From the NCBI GenBank assembly GCA_000004985.1, contig GG738890.1: DNA of 64,000 nt. The stretch is one strand, 5' to 3'. The notes beneath the pieces were generated by a model. It worked only from the letters and a program-made list of their open reading frames with translations, did no database searches and was not told the origin of the DNA. This DNA is from Naegleria gruberi (Eukaryota). Shown piece by piece: positions 33,700-44,241 of this stretch. Position 1 is the stretch's first letter; each line of letters opens with the position of its first letter. Made by a program: the position numbers and the translations under genes.

Positions 33700-34560
33700 T
33701 TTCCCTTGTACTTTTTAATAATGATATAATGATCTTATTATTATTCACATCAAAATTTTTAATTAGGTGTTTAGTATGATTATTATTAATTACATTTTTA
33801 ATATTAATTAATAAATTATCATGATTAACTTGTTGAATAATTAATTCTTGAATTATTTTATCTATTTTATCTAGTACTATGTTATTATTTGGAGTAATTG
33901 ATGAAGTAATAATAGTATTTCCAGATTGTTGAATATTGTTGGAAGATTCAATTGTAGAATTATTAATAGTACTGATTGGTATCGTTAAATTAATTGCAGA
34001 TTCTATTGTTGTTGTAGTAGTGTTTGTAGGTTCTATTGTTGTTGTTATTAAATTATTTGATGTTGTATTTGTAGGTTCTATTGTTGTAATTGATGTAATT
34101 ATTGAATCTGTTGTTGTACTTGTTAAATTATTAATATTTATAGTGTTTGTAGGTTCTATTATTGTATTTGTAGATTTAGTAGTTGTTGTTAAATTATTTG
34201 ATGTAGTGTTTGTTATTGGAGTACTTATTAAATTATTTGTAGGTTCTATTGTTGTTGAATTATTTATAGTATTTGTAGATTGTATTGTTGTACTTTTTGT
34301 AGGTTCTATTGGTTTTGAATGTCTTATTATTCTCTAAATTATGTTAATGAAATATAATTAATAAAACAAACCCGTTTTTTTGTTGTTGTTAAATTAGTAT
34401 GTTCTATTGTTGGTGTGGTTGTTATTAAATTATTTGATGTAGTGTTTGTTGGGTCTATTGTTGTTGTTAATTTAATTGTTGAATCTGTTGTTGTTGTTGT
34501 TAAAGTATTTGATGTAGCATTATTCGTAGGTTCTGTTGTTTTTAGTTTTTTGTGTCGCTT
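33700..34560. repeat. Degenerate tandem/low-complexity repeat tract. On the minus strand it is Thr/Asn-rich (TTIEPTNTTSNNL-type units). On the plus strand it is GTT/ATT-rich
   Basis: The units GTAGGTTCTATTGTTGTTGTT and AAATTATTTGATGTAGTGTTTGT recur irregularly. The plus-strand poly-Val ORF 33936-34337 is a repeat artefact. Confidence 0.5.
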
Positions 34561-34568
34561 TGATGTTG

Positions 34569-34901
34569 TTAAATTATATTATATTTAAAATTAAAACAAA
34601 CCCGTTTCTTATTATCACTATTATCATCACCATTATTCTTATCATCATCATCATTATTATCATCATCATCTTGTTCAACCTTTCTTTTACCAAACATCTT
34701 CTCCTCTATCGTAGTAGGAGGAAACAAAAAATGTTCACCATAAATAAAATTATCATTTGTTAAATCAATACATTCCATATTAACAAACTCTTTTATATTA
34801 TATGAATGTATAATGTGATCAACATGGATTCTAATAAATTTTGCTCCTTCGTGGATTTTTAGGTTTATGGATTTTGTTATTGGTGGACCTTGTATTCTCA
34901 T
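34569..34901 (-). CDS. Hypothetical small acidic protein ending …DNSDNKKRVCFNFKYNII. It is possibly the terminal exon of a larger gene
   Basis: The ORF has a D/N-rich tail. The motif AAACGGGTTTGTTTTA (KKRVCF plus a nearby stop) is duplicated about 230 bp downstream, at 34369-34386. Confidence 0.25.
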   Translation of the reverse strand: MRIQGPPITKSINLKIHEGAKFIRIHVDHIIHSYNIKEFVNMECIDLTNDNFIYGEHFLFPPTTIEEKMFGKRKVEQDDDDNNDDDDKNNGDDNSDNKKRVCFNFKYNII

Positions 34902-34977
34902 TTTTTTTTAAAACATTTAAATCTATTAATAAAACATGCCGGTAGGTTTTATTTTTAGATCATCATATAAAAGTTGA

Positions 34978-35661
34978 TCATAAACGTTCTTTCCAAACTT
35001 TCTTTCCTTTAGCTAACTGTTCATTAACTAATTGCAATTCAAACACAATATAATCAAACTCTATTCTGATCTTGTGAGTTTCTTGCAAATAAACCAATTT
35101 TAAATTCACTACCATTGACCTCCACTTCTTCTTTTTATGTTCCCATTTATACAACCACCAATATCTATTATCCTCAAGAATAGGAAGAAAGGAATTTGGA
35201 GCATCATTAATCCATTCTAAAGTAGTTCTATCAGCTTTTCTGCTACTTCCAGCCTCAAGTCCTCTATCAAAAATCCGATAATTGTCTTTGCTTTTACTTC
35301 CGTGAAATGATAAATCCATTTTCATACATAAAGCTTTCCATTCTATTTCATCACAACTAATTGTATTGTAGGTGTTAACAAATCTAGATATAGAACGTTT
35401 AGCATCTGGCACCATTCTTCTTCTGATAATATCCACAATCTCAGCCTCCATTACCATCACACGCTTCAAATAATAATCAGCATCAAAAATAAAAAAACTT
35501 TTTCGTTTTCCAATTAAATTATCGTCCAATCCTTCATTAAAATCACCAAAGAGATCCAAATAATCATCTAAACTCCCATCATCTGCTTTTTCGACAGTAG
35601 CAGCAAGCTTTTGTTCAACTTCTTCCAACACAGCCCTCTTCGAGACTTTTTTTTTGATCAT
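34978..35661 (-). CDS. Hypothetical protein of 227 aa with no recognisable domain
   Basis: It is a clean ORF with an ATG at 35661 and a charged N-terminus. Confidence 0.4.
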   Translation of the reverse strand: MIKKKVSKRAVLEEVEQKLAATVEKADDGSLDDYLDLFGDFNEGLDDNLIGKRKSFFIFDADYYLKRVMVMEAEIVDIIRRRMVPDAKRSISRFVNTYNTISCDEIEWKALCMKMDLSFHGSKSKDNYRIFDRGLEAGSSRKADRTTLEWINDAPNSFLPILEDNRYWWLYKWEHKKKKWRSMVVNLKLVYLQETHKIRIEFDYIVFELQLVNEQLAKGKKVWKERL

Positions 35662-35759
35662 TCCAAAATTTTAATCTCACGCATTGTTGTTGGCATGGTG
35701 TTTTATTTGCTGGTAACTTGCGGCAAAAATAGTAAGCTAGTGATTAAAACAAATAAAAA

Positions 35760-35960
35760 ATGGCTAATGATTTACATCCTTACACCACAAAAGAGGTTGA
35801 CGATAGAAACATAACCAACCAACCAACAACGGATGCAGATGATGAATTAAGTATTTTTGAAAAATTAACAGATGCAGAAATTGCAGCTTTGAAACAATTT
35901 TCTGAACGCACAGGGTGTACAATGGAAACAAGAACACTGGAGGAAATACTCGAGTTATAA
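35760..35960 (+). CDS. Small acidic protein with a C-terminal UBA/EF-Ts-N-like helical motif
   Basis: TDAEIAALKQFSERTGCTMETRTLEEIL resembles the UBA-like N-domain of EF-Ts and NAC/HYPK-type UBA helices. The ATG follows an A-run. Only 66 aa. Confidence 0.25.
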   Translation: MANDLHPYTTKEVDDRNITNQPTTDADDELSIFEKLTDAEIAALKQFSERTGCTMETRTLEEILEL

Positions 35961-36991
35961 TATATTAAGCAGGTATAGGATTCAAACAATTAGAGAAAAA
36001 CAAAAACAATACATATTTTTCTGATATGATTTTTAGTATAATAATAAATTTTGTAATAAAATTGTTGGATATGTTGGAATAAACATATCATTAAAGGGAT
36101 CTATATCATTGGGAAGAATGAAACTTATCGTGGTTCATGGGAAATTACTAACACAACCCTAAAAGAAAAATATTCAAAACAATTAGAGGATAAATTGTTG
36201 GTAAACTATCTAATAAAAAAGTGAGGTCATTAGGTTGAACTTTTACTGGAATTGGAATATATTTAGGTGTGTACTTCCAATTAAATTATTTTCAATTACA
36301 ATATGATAAGTACCTGCTAATAATGGACATAGTTTCTGCTTATTTTTCATACAATTACCAATCATAGATAATAAATTAAACAATTTACAATGTTCAATTA
36401 TTTAATCATTCTAAAAATGTATCAGTTTCATATGTAAGAGATAGTTGGTATAAATATTTAAATGGAACATGATTTCCTTACTCGAAAGTGGTTCTTTTTT
36501 GAGTATAATTTCGCTTAGAATTTTTAGGACATCGTCGTGAGTTAATAGAGGTAAGTTTTCTTCAACTATTATAAAATTAGGCTTAATTTTCTTTAATGAA
36601 GGATCTTCATCAACAGAGAGGACTCTATCTTTCCTTTTGTTGGCATGTATTTCATCGTTGGTAGAATAACCAGTATCAGCTACACAATCGTTGGTAAGCT
36701 GAAATATGTGAGAGAGATTCTCAATTTTGCAAATTACTCCTAAAAGAAAATTCTCAAAAATAGTTTAGATCGAAAATCAACTATAAAAAAATAACAAGAA
36801 TTAAATTTCCCTTCTTGTGCCGTTTATTATTGTTGTGGCTTTGAATAATACATTCATTATTCTACTATTTTTATAAATTAATAATAGTAATAATAATAAT
36901 TTTGTATTCGATCTTATTTTACAATCAATAGCAAAAATTGCTTCCGATCAAGGGCAATAACAAATTATAATTATTTTGATTTTATCGGAAA

Positions 36992-38131
36992 ATGTCGAAA
37001 GAACTTGTGGAAATGATAGATGAGTTGAATTCGTCCCTCAAGTCTATGGATGAGGATTTTAGTGATGATTTTAATAAGAATAATAATAATAACAATAATA
37101 TGGAAATATATGATGATAGTACAACGTCGATACCAATTCATCACAATTCGAGTTTTTATTATGGAGAGGATGAAAAACACCCGAATACACTGTCTTATGA
37201 TTCTCATAAATTTAACAAGATTATATTCGAAGATTCGGAATATTTGTATAGAACAATTACAAGAGATGATTTACCAGCTCTTAAAAAGTTACAACAAGAA
37301 TTATTTCCAGTTCAATATAACAAACCTTTTTATTTGAAATTATTGGATAAAAGCAAGACGTATACATTGCTTTCATTTAGCAAGGAAAATAATGAATTGA
37401 TTGGAGTTTGTTCGACATCAATAACATTGGAGGAAAATACTGATGGTGGATTTTGGCAATTTCTATTTGGATATCCAGACAAGTACAATGTTTGTTATAT
37501 AATGACCTTGGGTGTAAAAAAGAAACACAGAAGAAAAGGTTTAGCCTCAAGAATGTTACAAATTCTGGAAGAAGTTGTGTCGGTTGATCCTTATTATTGT
37601 ACCAAATTAACTCTGCATTGTAAAGTCGATAATCAACATGCTTTATCATTTTACAATCAGAATTCCTTTACAGTAAAGGAAAGGATAGAGGGATATTACG
37701 ACTTTGGATCTCATTTCGAAGCTGCTTTCAAGTTGGATAAGGTTTTGTCAGCAAAGAGAAATGAAAGCTTTTCAGATTCAATCTCCTTCTCTGGATTACT
37801 AACATCTGAGAGTCATACATCACTAGGATCTCAACCAACATCAAACAGACAATCCACTAATGAATCACCCATTCGAAATAACTATAACACCAGTTCACTT
37901 GGCTGCTTGGCAGTGACATTTCAAATTTGTAAATTTTTTATTGAAACCTTTAAAGTGGTAGCAATAGAGTCTTATAATACCATGAATAATATTCTCTCCC
38001 CTTCACCTCCTTTAAATCCAAATTCATCATCTCCACAACTTTCCAATTCCACCTCAACCAATGCTCTTTCACCCATTGCAATTCCAAGACCTAGAATTGT
38101 TTTACAAATTCAAGAGAAGGATTGTGAATAA
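36992..38131 (+). CDS. GNAT-family N-terminal acetyltransferase (NAA50/NAA60-like), with an N/S-rich N-terminal extension and a Ser/Pro-rich tail
   Basis: Acetyl-CoA motif A: CYIMTLGVKKKHRRKGLASRMLQILEEVV. The upstream block LYRTITRDDLPALKKLQQELFPVQYNKPFY and the downstream block LTLHCKVDNQHALSFYNQNSFT match NAA50/60. Confidence 0.7.
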   Translation: MSKELVEMIDELNSSLKSMDEDFSDDFNKNNNNNNNMEIYDDSTTSIPIHHNSSFYYGEDEKHPNTLSYDSHKFNKIIFEDSEYLYRTITRDDLPALKKLQQELFPVQYNKPFYLKLLDKSKTYTLLSFSKENNELIGVCSTSITLEENTDGGFWQFLFGYPDKYNVCYIMTLGVKKKHRRKGLASRMLQILEEVVSVDPYYCTKLTLHCKVDNQHALSFYNQNSFTVKERIEGYYDFGSHFEAAFKLDKVLSAKRNESFSDSISFSGLLTSESHTSLGSQPTSNRQSTNESPIRNNYNTSSLGCLAVTFQICKFFIETFKVVAIESYNTMNNILSPSPPLNPNSSSPQLSNSTSTNALSPIAIPRPRIVLQIQEKDCE

Positions 38132-38146
38132 AAGATATTCTCTCGC

Positions 38147-39010
38147 TTACATGACAAGGCAACCTCCATGTGCTTTGAAATTTTCACTTCTTGGACATGG
38201 AACACTTTTCAAATGTGAAACACTATCAATAGATGGCTCTGTTAATTTAACTCTAATTTCCAATAAGCTATATTGTAAGGCCCCTGTGGTATCTATAAAA
38301 CCAGCAGCCAATTGATTGTAATGTAAAATCCAAAATCTAGCCACAATATTGCCATCCTCATCAAATTTGAAAGTTGGTTCCTCATATTCACTTTTTGATC
38401 CTCTAAAGAAGGTATCCCAAGATCCTGGAATCATACTCTTGGGTTCGTACACAACCAATCCAGCAACTGTGTTTGGATAACTTGGAAATAGAACTCTATA
38501 TGTATAATATTTGAAAAGGATCAAGTTAAATTGGGGAGAAAACATATTCCATCCCATCAATTCCAAACAAGTTTTCATTTGTGAAATTCTGTCTTGACAA
38601 TTACACGTAAATATATTTCCCAAACTAACTCTTGTCAGTATTTTGAAATTATTTGCTGCTTTTCGAACATGAACATTGATGTATTGTTTATCGTTATTGT
38701 CATGATACCCTGGAGGGTATTCACTGCTAATTTCCATCTTTAGTGAGTTGACCAACTGTTTGAGATAATTCAGTAACTGTTCTTTGTATGAATATTCTAA
38801 ATCAACCACATGATGAGTAGCACCTTCATCGGAATCGTGATGATCATCAGAAAGTTTATATTTCAACAGTAAATTCCATAAATTTCCAAACAATACTGTG
38901 TCATATTGTTTAAAAACAATCTGTATTGCCTTTCCACAACTTTCCATCATTAAAATATCATCCAAACACAGAAATGAGAGAATGTTAAACCAACAATCTG
39001 ATGAAATCAT
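38147..39010 (-). CDS. Hypothetical protein with an N-terminal F-box-like motif
   Basis: From ATG 39010 the translation reads MISSDCWFNILSFLCLDDILMMESCGKAIQIV. The track start at 39040 is a TTG. Confidence 0.45.
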   Translation of the reverse strand: MISSDCWFNILSFLCLDDILMMESCGKAIQIVFKQYDTVLFGNLWNLLLKYKLSDDHHDSDEGATHHVVDLEYSYKEQLLNYLKQLVNSLKMEISSEYPPGYHDNNDKQYINVHVRKAANNFKILTRVSLGNIFTCNCQDRISQMKTCLELMGWNMFSPQFNLILFKYYTYRVLFPSYPNTVAGLVVYEPKSMIPGSWDTFFRGSKSEYEEPTFKFDEDGNIVARFWILHYNQLAAGFIDTTGALQYSLLEIRVKLTEPSIDSVSHLKSVPCPRSENFKAHGGCLVM

Positions 39011-39178
39011 TTTTTTTGTCGTTTCCACAAACCATTTCAATTTATCCGAACTTTAAAGAACAGATTTCAAAGTGCACCATTACAAAAATATTATTGTAAA
39101 GTTTATTAATTACAACGTGATTGTATTGAAACGTGATGTATGATTACAGTGCATTCCTGATTTTGCAATTAAAAAAAA

Positions 39179-39697
39179 ATGTCATTACACAAAGAGAACA
39201 TTTTCTTAAATTTGAACCAATGTGCCATCAAATATTACAAACTCAAGAAATCAAATGATGAATTGAGAGGTGCCAATGTTGAATTTCCTACCATTGTCAT
39301 GACAACAATTTTCGTAAAGGGCATACAAGAGGAATTAACCATTGATGATTTAAAGAAAATACTATTGGCCGATATGGAATGTAAATGGAGACAAGTACAC
39401 GAAGGAGACTATTGTAAATTATTTATTTGTATTAAAAGTATGGATAATTCACAAATGAAGGATAGTTTTAGAACCGTGACCTGTCAGACATTGGAAAGAA
39501 TTGGAATTAATATTCATGATGATAATATTTATTTTATTGATGATAGAAATAGTTTATATTTGGAGTCGTTGGCTAATTATACATTTAAACGAATGATATC
39601 GAATCATCTTATACAGAATATTCCAACATTTGATATCAAAGTTGGTCAATTTGTAAAGAAGGAATTCCTAATTAAATTGACACTATACAAAGATTAA
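39179..39697 (+). CDS. Hypothetical protein of 172 aa
   Basis: ORF with an ATG after an A-run. No recognisable domain. It could be the 5' exon of the next ORF, but I found no convincing intron. Confidence 0.35.
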   Translation: MSLHKENIFLNLNQCAIKYYKLKKSNDELRGANVEFPTIVMTTIFVKGIQEELTIDDLKKILLADMECKWRQVHEGDYCKLFICIKSMDNSQMKDSFRTVTCQTLERIGINIHDDNIYFIDDRNSLYLESLANYTFKRMISNHLIQNIPTFDIKVGQFVKKEFLIKLTLYKD

Positions 39698-39732
39698 AGA
39701 AATATGATAATGATAGTAAATGTATATATATT

Positions 39733-41595
39733 GTGGCTAAAATTGGAGATTTTTATAAGGAATCAATATTTTCATGTAAATATGTTAGTATTAATGATGG
39801 TAATTATGGAATTTATGAAACGAATGAGGATGCTGAGTTGATTATTTGTGGTACAGACATGATACAAAATTTATCTTATCAAAATAGGACAAAAACAAGA
39901 GGTGAATTTACTTGTCTTGAGCAATTCAATAGTTCTGAATTGAAAGAAGCTAAAATTTCATGTTCAATTATACCTAATGAATTGACAATTAAGGGTGCCA
40001 ATATTTATAATACTATTCCTGTTTGTTTACCAGAAGACTATGAGTTCTATGTATATGACAAGAATAGTGAAAAGCCCTCAATTGATTCCTATTATTCATA
40101 TATTAACAGTGAATTAATTGATTCTGACTTTGAAAATAATCTTTTTCGTAATGATAACAGTCAATCCAATGTGACTATCCAGTTAGACGAAAGTATTAAT
40201 TGTAAATTATTGAAAACTAAGCTTTCAGAAAGAAGATTAGACTGTTACAATATTTCTGATAAGATTGCTTCCTTATTCACCAAGAGAGGCCTCGGATTTT
40301 ACTATGCATACGATGATTCAAACAAAATAGCTTTAGAAAATAGATGGTGTCTCGTTACTAACAAGCGATGGATAAAACAAATCAGTGAGAGAATGAAAAA
40401 CCAAACCATTATTGATTTGATCAACTCAGATTTAAGAGATATTATTCTTTCTCGTTCACAAGAATTTAACCCAGACGAATATGCCAAAAATTATATAATA
40501 TCCAGTACTTTTTTACTGTGTTTGCAATTCTTTAATGAGAGGGATATTGAAATTGATGAATTGACTGAGAAAGTTTGGGATTATATTTTGCAAAATAATA
40601 TTCACAATTGTGAATCGTCAATAAGTAGTAGATTCGAAGCTCTTCGCCTCAGAATCCAAACTCAAAAGAGTGTCATTTCAGTGGTGAGTCCTCCTGTAAT
40701 TGGGGCTAGATCAGTTTTCTTCTCCTCCTTCTTGAAAAAGATACCTGAATTTATAATTCACGATAGATTTTATGAATTCGACCTTGATTTCAAATTACGG
40801 CGTTTTCCTAACTATAATAACCTATTTTACCTCACTCAACATTTCCCAATTTTAGAGGAAACAATTTCTGATGGTATTGTTATGGCCATTAATTCTTCAT
40901 CAGTTAGTAATATATCTACAAGATACAAAATATACGAGTCAAATCTGATTTCGTTTTTCAAACAATCACATAATCTCAATAGAGAATCGCAAAGGGATTT
41001 ACCAATCAGAGAGTGTATTCTTGATGAATATCTAATTAGTCAAGCCATCAAAACCCTCCACACTTGCAAAAAACATAACCAATCTGAAAAAGCCGAATAC
41101 ATTACCAAAGCATTGCCTTTTATTCAAGGAGTATCAACTCAAATTGAAAAATTGAAAAAGACTTTACAACATGATTTTTCAAATAGTTGGAAAAAGTTTA
41201 TTGAAATAATGGTCATATCATTGTTCCCAGTAGCCCCAAAACTTTCCATCTATTTGTGGACTGAAGTGTTACAGAAACAAGATGAAATACGAATCAATCC
41301 TAATATGATTCTATATGACGATCTAGAATGTGAAGTTATTTCTACAAAATTTTCATTCCTATCAAGAATATTTAGAGATATTGAAAAAGTACTCAAGACT
41401 AATCGATTACCAAGTGAGGATAAGAGAATTTTAAAAATAATCATAAGCGGAAAATCTAATGATTTCAATGAGGAATTGTTCCTAAATGAACATTTAGATG
41501 TTATTCTACAAAAGTATAGAGAAAAGATAGCAAATGTTGTTGTGGAAATTTCAGAGGAATTATTTGCTAAAACAGCTCGCATAGTTTTGAAATAA
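39733..41595 (+). CDS. Hypothetical protein of about 580-620 aa. The start is uncertain; the first in-frame ATG is near 39859
   Basis: Long ORF. The track start is a GTG. No recognisable domain. Confidence 0.4.
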   Translation: MAKIGDFYKESIFSCKYVSINDGNYGIYETNEDAELIICGTDMIQNLSYQNRTKTRGEFTCLEQFNSSELKEAKISCSIIPNELTIKGANIYNTIPVCLPEDYEFYVYDKNSEKPSIDSYYSYINSELIDSDFENNLFRNDNSQSNVTIQLDESINCKLLKTKLSERRLDCYNISDKIASLFTKRGLGFYYAYDDSNKIALENRWCLVTNKRWIKQISERMKNQTIIDLINSDLRDIILSRSQEFNPDEYAKNYIISSTFLLCLQFFNERDIEIDELTEKVWDYILQNNIHNCESSISSRFEALRLRIQTQKSVISVVSPPVIGARSVFFSSFLKKIPEFIIHDRFYEFDLDFKLRRFPNYNNLFYLTQHFPILEETISDGIVMAINSSSVSNISTRYKIYESNLISFFKQSHNLNRESQRDLPIRECILDEYLISQAIKTLHTCKKHNQSEKAEYITKALPFIQGVSTQIEKLKKTLQHDFSNSWKKFIEIMVISLFPVAPKLSIYLWTEVLQKQDEIRINPNMILYDDLECEVISTKFSFLSRIFRDIEKVLKTNRLPSEDKRILKIIISGKSNDFNEELFLNEHLDVILQKYREKIANVVVEISEELFAKTARIVLK

Positions 41596-41665
41596 TATTT
41601 ACTAAAATCTTGTATTTTATGTTTATATATTTCTGATAAAGTGGATATTAAGGAAGAGGATGTAA

Positions 41666-41738
41666 GGGGACTTGGCGCAGTCGGTAGCGCGTAGGTCTCA
41701 TAATCCTAAGGTCGTGAGTTCGATCCTCACAGTCCCCA
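41666..41738 (+). tRNA. tRNA-Met (anticodon CAU), elongator type
   Basis: GGGGACUUGGCGCAGUCGGUAGCGCGUAGGUCUCAUAAUCCUAAGGUCGUGAGUUCGAUCCUCACAGUCCCCA. The 7-bp acceptor stem is GGGGACU/AGUCCCC. The anticodon loop is CUCAUAA. The T-loop is GUUCGAUCC. A T4 run follows 3 nt downstream. Confidence 0.9.
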
Positions 41739-41740
41739 TC

Positions 41741-41746
41741 TTTTGC
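41741..41746 (+). terminator. Pol III terminator T-run after tRNA-Met
   Basis: TCTTTTG sits immediately 3' of the discriminator base. Confidence 0.5.
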
Positions 41747-42267
41747 CTTATTCAAGATTGGACATTTAAATCTCCACATATCTGTTGGGAGTGGAAATGT
41801 AATTTCTTGTTTTAGGTCTATATTTTAAACATGATGCATCTGGTACTTCTTCCAACTCCTCTCCTCTGTGTTCCATCATGTAGATGTCAAATGTTTGAGT
41901 CATTGATTGAATAATGGATTCACTCTCTTTTCTTAATCATCTATCTCTCTTTTCGAAAATTGAAATTGTTTTTACCGTACCATCAATTGCATCAAATAAC
42001 AAATAATAAGCATATTTATTTTGATCATTGCAATTTTTTTGTCTGTGGTCTTTAGATTAAGGGTGCATGTTGTACTGTTAATTATTATTTGGCGCAATTT
42101 GATATGATCGAATGCCAATTGCATCTGTTTGTGGCCACTCCTTAATTCTTGAGTACGGTTGGAGCATTACTCAAGGGCTGTTACTCCGCGAATGTTATAT
42201 GAATCAAATCGTTCAAGGTTATTAGAACCATTCAATATCTCCTTTTGTTTCTAGTTTCTGGTATAGA

Positions 42268-44142
42268 CTATCTTTCACAATAATCGGGGTCTATCACTTC
42301 CTCCAGGAGTTGTTGATTTGAATATTTGATATGGTAGAGTCTGCATTGATTATATTCTCGTTGTTGTAGAGCTTTCTTTGAAATGACATAGTTTAGCATG
42401 CTTTTACCATCAAGATGAACCAAGAGTAGAATGTCATTCTCTTTTGAACATCCTTTTTCTAATAGGGGTTTTGTAATTGGGCACCCAATGAAAGCATTAT
42501 CACTACTTATATTGTCAGAAAGAATGGTAAATAGATTTTTCTCATCAGGTAAATATTCAACAATATGGTTGATTCTATTTGGGAAATCAAAAGAAAAACA
42601 ACAAGTTTCAATCATCTTTGGAGTTATTTCAAATTTCGACGTCGGCATTTCTTCATAGTACTCAACCAAACATTCAGTGTAATCATAATTTGAGTAAAAA
42701 GCAATTCCACCTGTTGATGGGAACAAATAGGAGGTCAATAACCCTGAAAGTGTTCTACAGTCAATGAAACATGATAGTGTATAGCCCTCCTTTTCGTCTA
42801 ATTTGAAAATTCTGTGAAAAATTCGGTAGGAAAATGTTGAAAAGGTGTTGTAAATCAAGCAGAAGTGAAAAGTCTCTTTCATGATAGGTTTGGCAAGATC
42901 TGCAACTTCTTTAAACTCAAGCGAGTACGGCTTATTTAGAATAAAATTAGCTATTTTCAAATAGTGATAGAATCTAATCTTGAAAATATCAAACCAATTA
43001 GTTTCCTTTCGAACTATCTTGTGTCCGTATGCAGAGAAGAAATATGAATCGTTAGCTAGAATTTCATTAGCTATCATCGAATATTGATGAAACAGTGGGT
43101 TATTTTTGAGTGTGTAATAAGTCAGATATTTCCAAATTGAAGGATTTTTGACTATCAAGTAGTTCCAATATTTACAAACGAGCCTCATTCTTAGAATTGT
43201 CTCTAAAGTGTCAAAATGCTTCACCAACTCTTCATGAAGTTCAAAAGGAATGCTTCTCATTAAAAACCATTCGGGATCCAATTTTCTTTTCTTTGTACTT
43301 GACTCCAATTGCTCTTCTTCCTGTTGGGATGGTTCATTACTTTCCACAGATTGCAAATTAATTGATGGCATTAAGCCATCAATAGAAAATTCAGACAAAT
43401 CAGATAAATCCAAGCAAAGTGGAGAAAAATAGCCAATGCAGCGAAAGTGAAACGTTCCCACAAGTTCAGGATCGGTATGAATCGCAGCCGTCATACATTC
43501 CAACGTACATATACTATTGTTAACTGCATTCAATGTAAGTTCTATAATTTCAGCATTTAAATATTCAAAAATTCGATAAATATGTCTTGATAAAGTAAGC
43601 ATGTTCATTGAATTGTCGGTAATTTGAAAAAACGTTTCCAAGTAATCATGTAATTTGCCAATTTTCTCACTTAGATATATCCTTTCTCTCAATACTGCAT
43701 TCTTGGCATAAACTGACAACTCTCCTAATAAAAACCTGTCAACAGTCTCAAATAATGCATCCATCAAATTAGAATTCTTAGTTTTCAAATCTCTAGCCAA
43801 TAGTGATTCATTCTCCTTAGCACCTTCCACCATTCTCACATATCTATTCTCCATTTCCATCATTCTCTTTACTCCATAATCATACATTATTTCACCATAT
43901 TTTTCTTCATCCTTCAATACTAGGAATGGTTTTAAATTTAACAAGACAAGTATCATAGCCTGATGAGTATACAATGAAAGACGATCCATTATGATCGGAT
44001 CAAAATACAAAACACCACCACGATTGGACGATACTTGTTCAATGATGGTTTCAATACTTATGAAGGATCGGGTGAGATCGACAGATAGAAATTCACTAGG
44101 GAATGAACTAGTGGGAAGGAGTGATCTTTCTCGTTCTTTCAT
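42268..44142 (-). CDS. Hypothetical protein with an F-box-like motif
   Basis: LMRSIPFELHEELVKHFDTLETILRMRLVCKYWNYLIV is F-box-like. First ATG at 44142; the track start is a TTG. Confidence 0.45.
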   Translation of the reverse strand: MKERERSLLPTSSFPSEFLSVDLTRSFISIETIIEQVSSNRGGVLYFDPIIMDRLSLYTHQAMILVLLNLKPFLVLKDEEKYGEIMYDYGVKRMMEMENRYVRMVEGAKENESLLARDLKTKNSNLMDALFETVDRFLLGELSVYAKNAVLRERIYLSEKIGKLHDYLETFFQITDNSMNMLTLSRHIYRIFEYLNAEIIELTLNAVNNSICTLECMTAAIHTDPELVGTFHFRCIGYFSPLCLDLSDLSEFSIDGLMPSINLQSVESNEPSQQEEEQLESSTKKRKLDPEWFLMRSIPFELHEELVKHFDTLETILRMRLVCKYWNYLIVKNPSIWKYLTYYTLKNNPLFHQYSMIANEILANDSYFFSAYGHKIVRKETNWFDIFKIRFYHYLKIANFILNKPYSLEFKEVADLAKPIMKETFHFCLIYNTFSTFSYRIFHRIFKLDEKEGYTLSCFIDCRTLSGLLTSYLFPSTGGIAFYSNYDYTECLVEYYEEMPTSKFEITPKMIETCCFSFDFPNRINHIVEYLPDEKNLFTILSDNISSDNAFIGCPITKPLLEKGCSKENDILLLVHLDGKSMLNYVISKKALQQREYNQCRLYHIKYSNQQLLEEVIDPDYCER

Positions 44143-44241
44143 TTTTTTCCTATTTATTGTGTAAATCAATTCCGAAATTATTTAAATATATTAATATTCT
44201 AATATTTATTATTTACAATAAAACAAATTATTCAAAACAAA

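Noticed and set aside
33936-34337. Plus-strand poly-Val ORF (VVVVFVGSIVVV…)
   Set aside because: It is translated from GTT/ATT-rich tandem repeats. It has no real start context and is a low-complexity artefact.
33700-34560. Regularly repeated motif arrays (here and at 60780-61236) considered as CRISPR-like
   Set aside because: This is a eukaryotic nuclear context. The repeats are degenerate, the spacers are not unique-sequence cassettes, and there are no cas genes. They are better explained as a coding/low-complexity minisatellite and an intron-like array respectively.
36395-36745. Minus-strand open frame of about 110 codons (…CVADTGYSTNDEIHANKRKDRVLSVDEDPSLKKIKPNF…) that is not in the ORF track
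   Set aside because: It reads protein-like but has no start codon, no recognisable domain and no clear splice partners. It is possibly an exon of an unannotated gene, but I cannot support it as a feature.
39697-39733. Possible intron joining ORF 39179-39697 to ORF 39733-41595
   Set aside because: There is no GT…AG pair of plausible length that preserves frame. A 33-nt GTAAAT…GGAG candidate is shorter than any confirmed intron here and lacks a polypyrimidine tract.
42130-42175. Perfect 8-bp hairpin CTTGAGTA…TACTCAAG in the 3' flank of the F-box gene
   Set aside because: Short inverted repeats of this size occur by chance in AT-rich DNA. There is no accompanying conserved structure.
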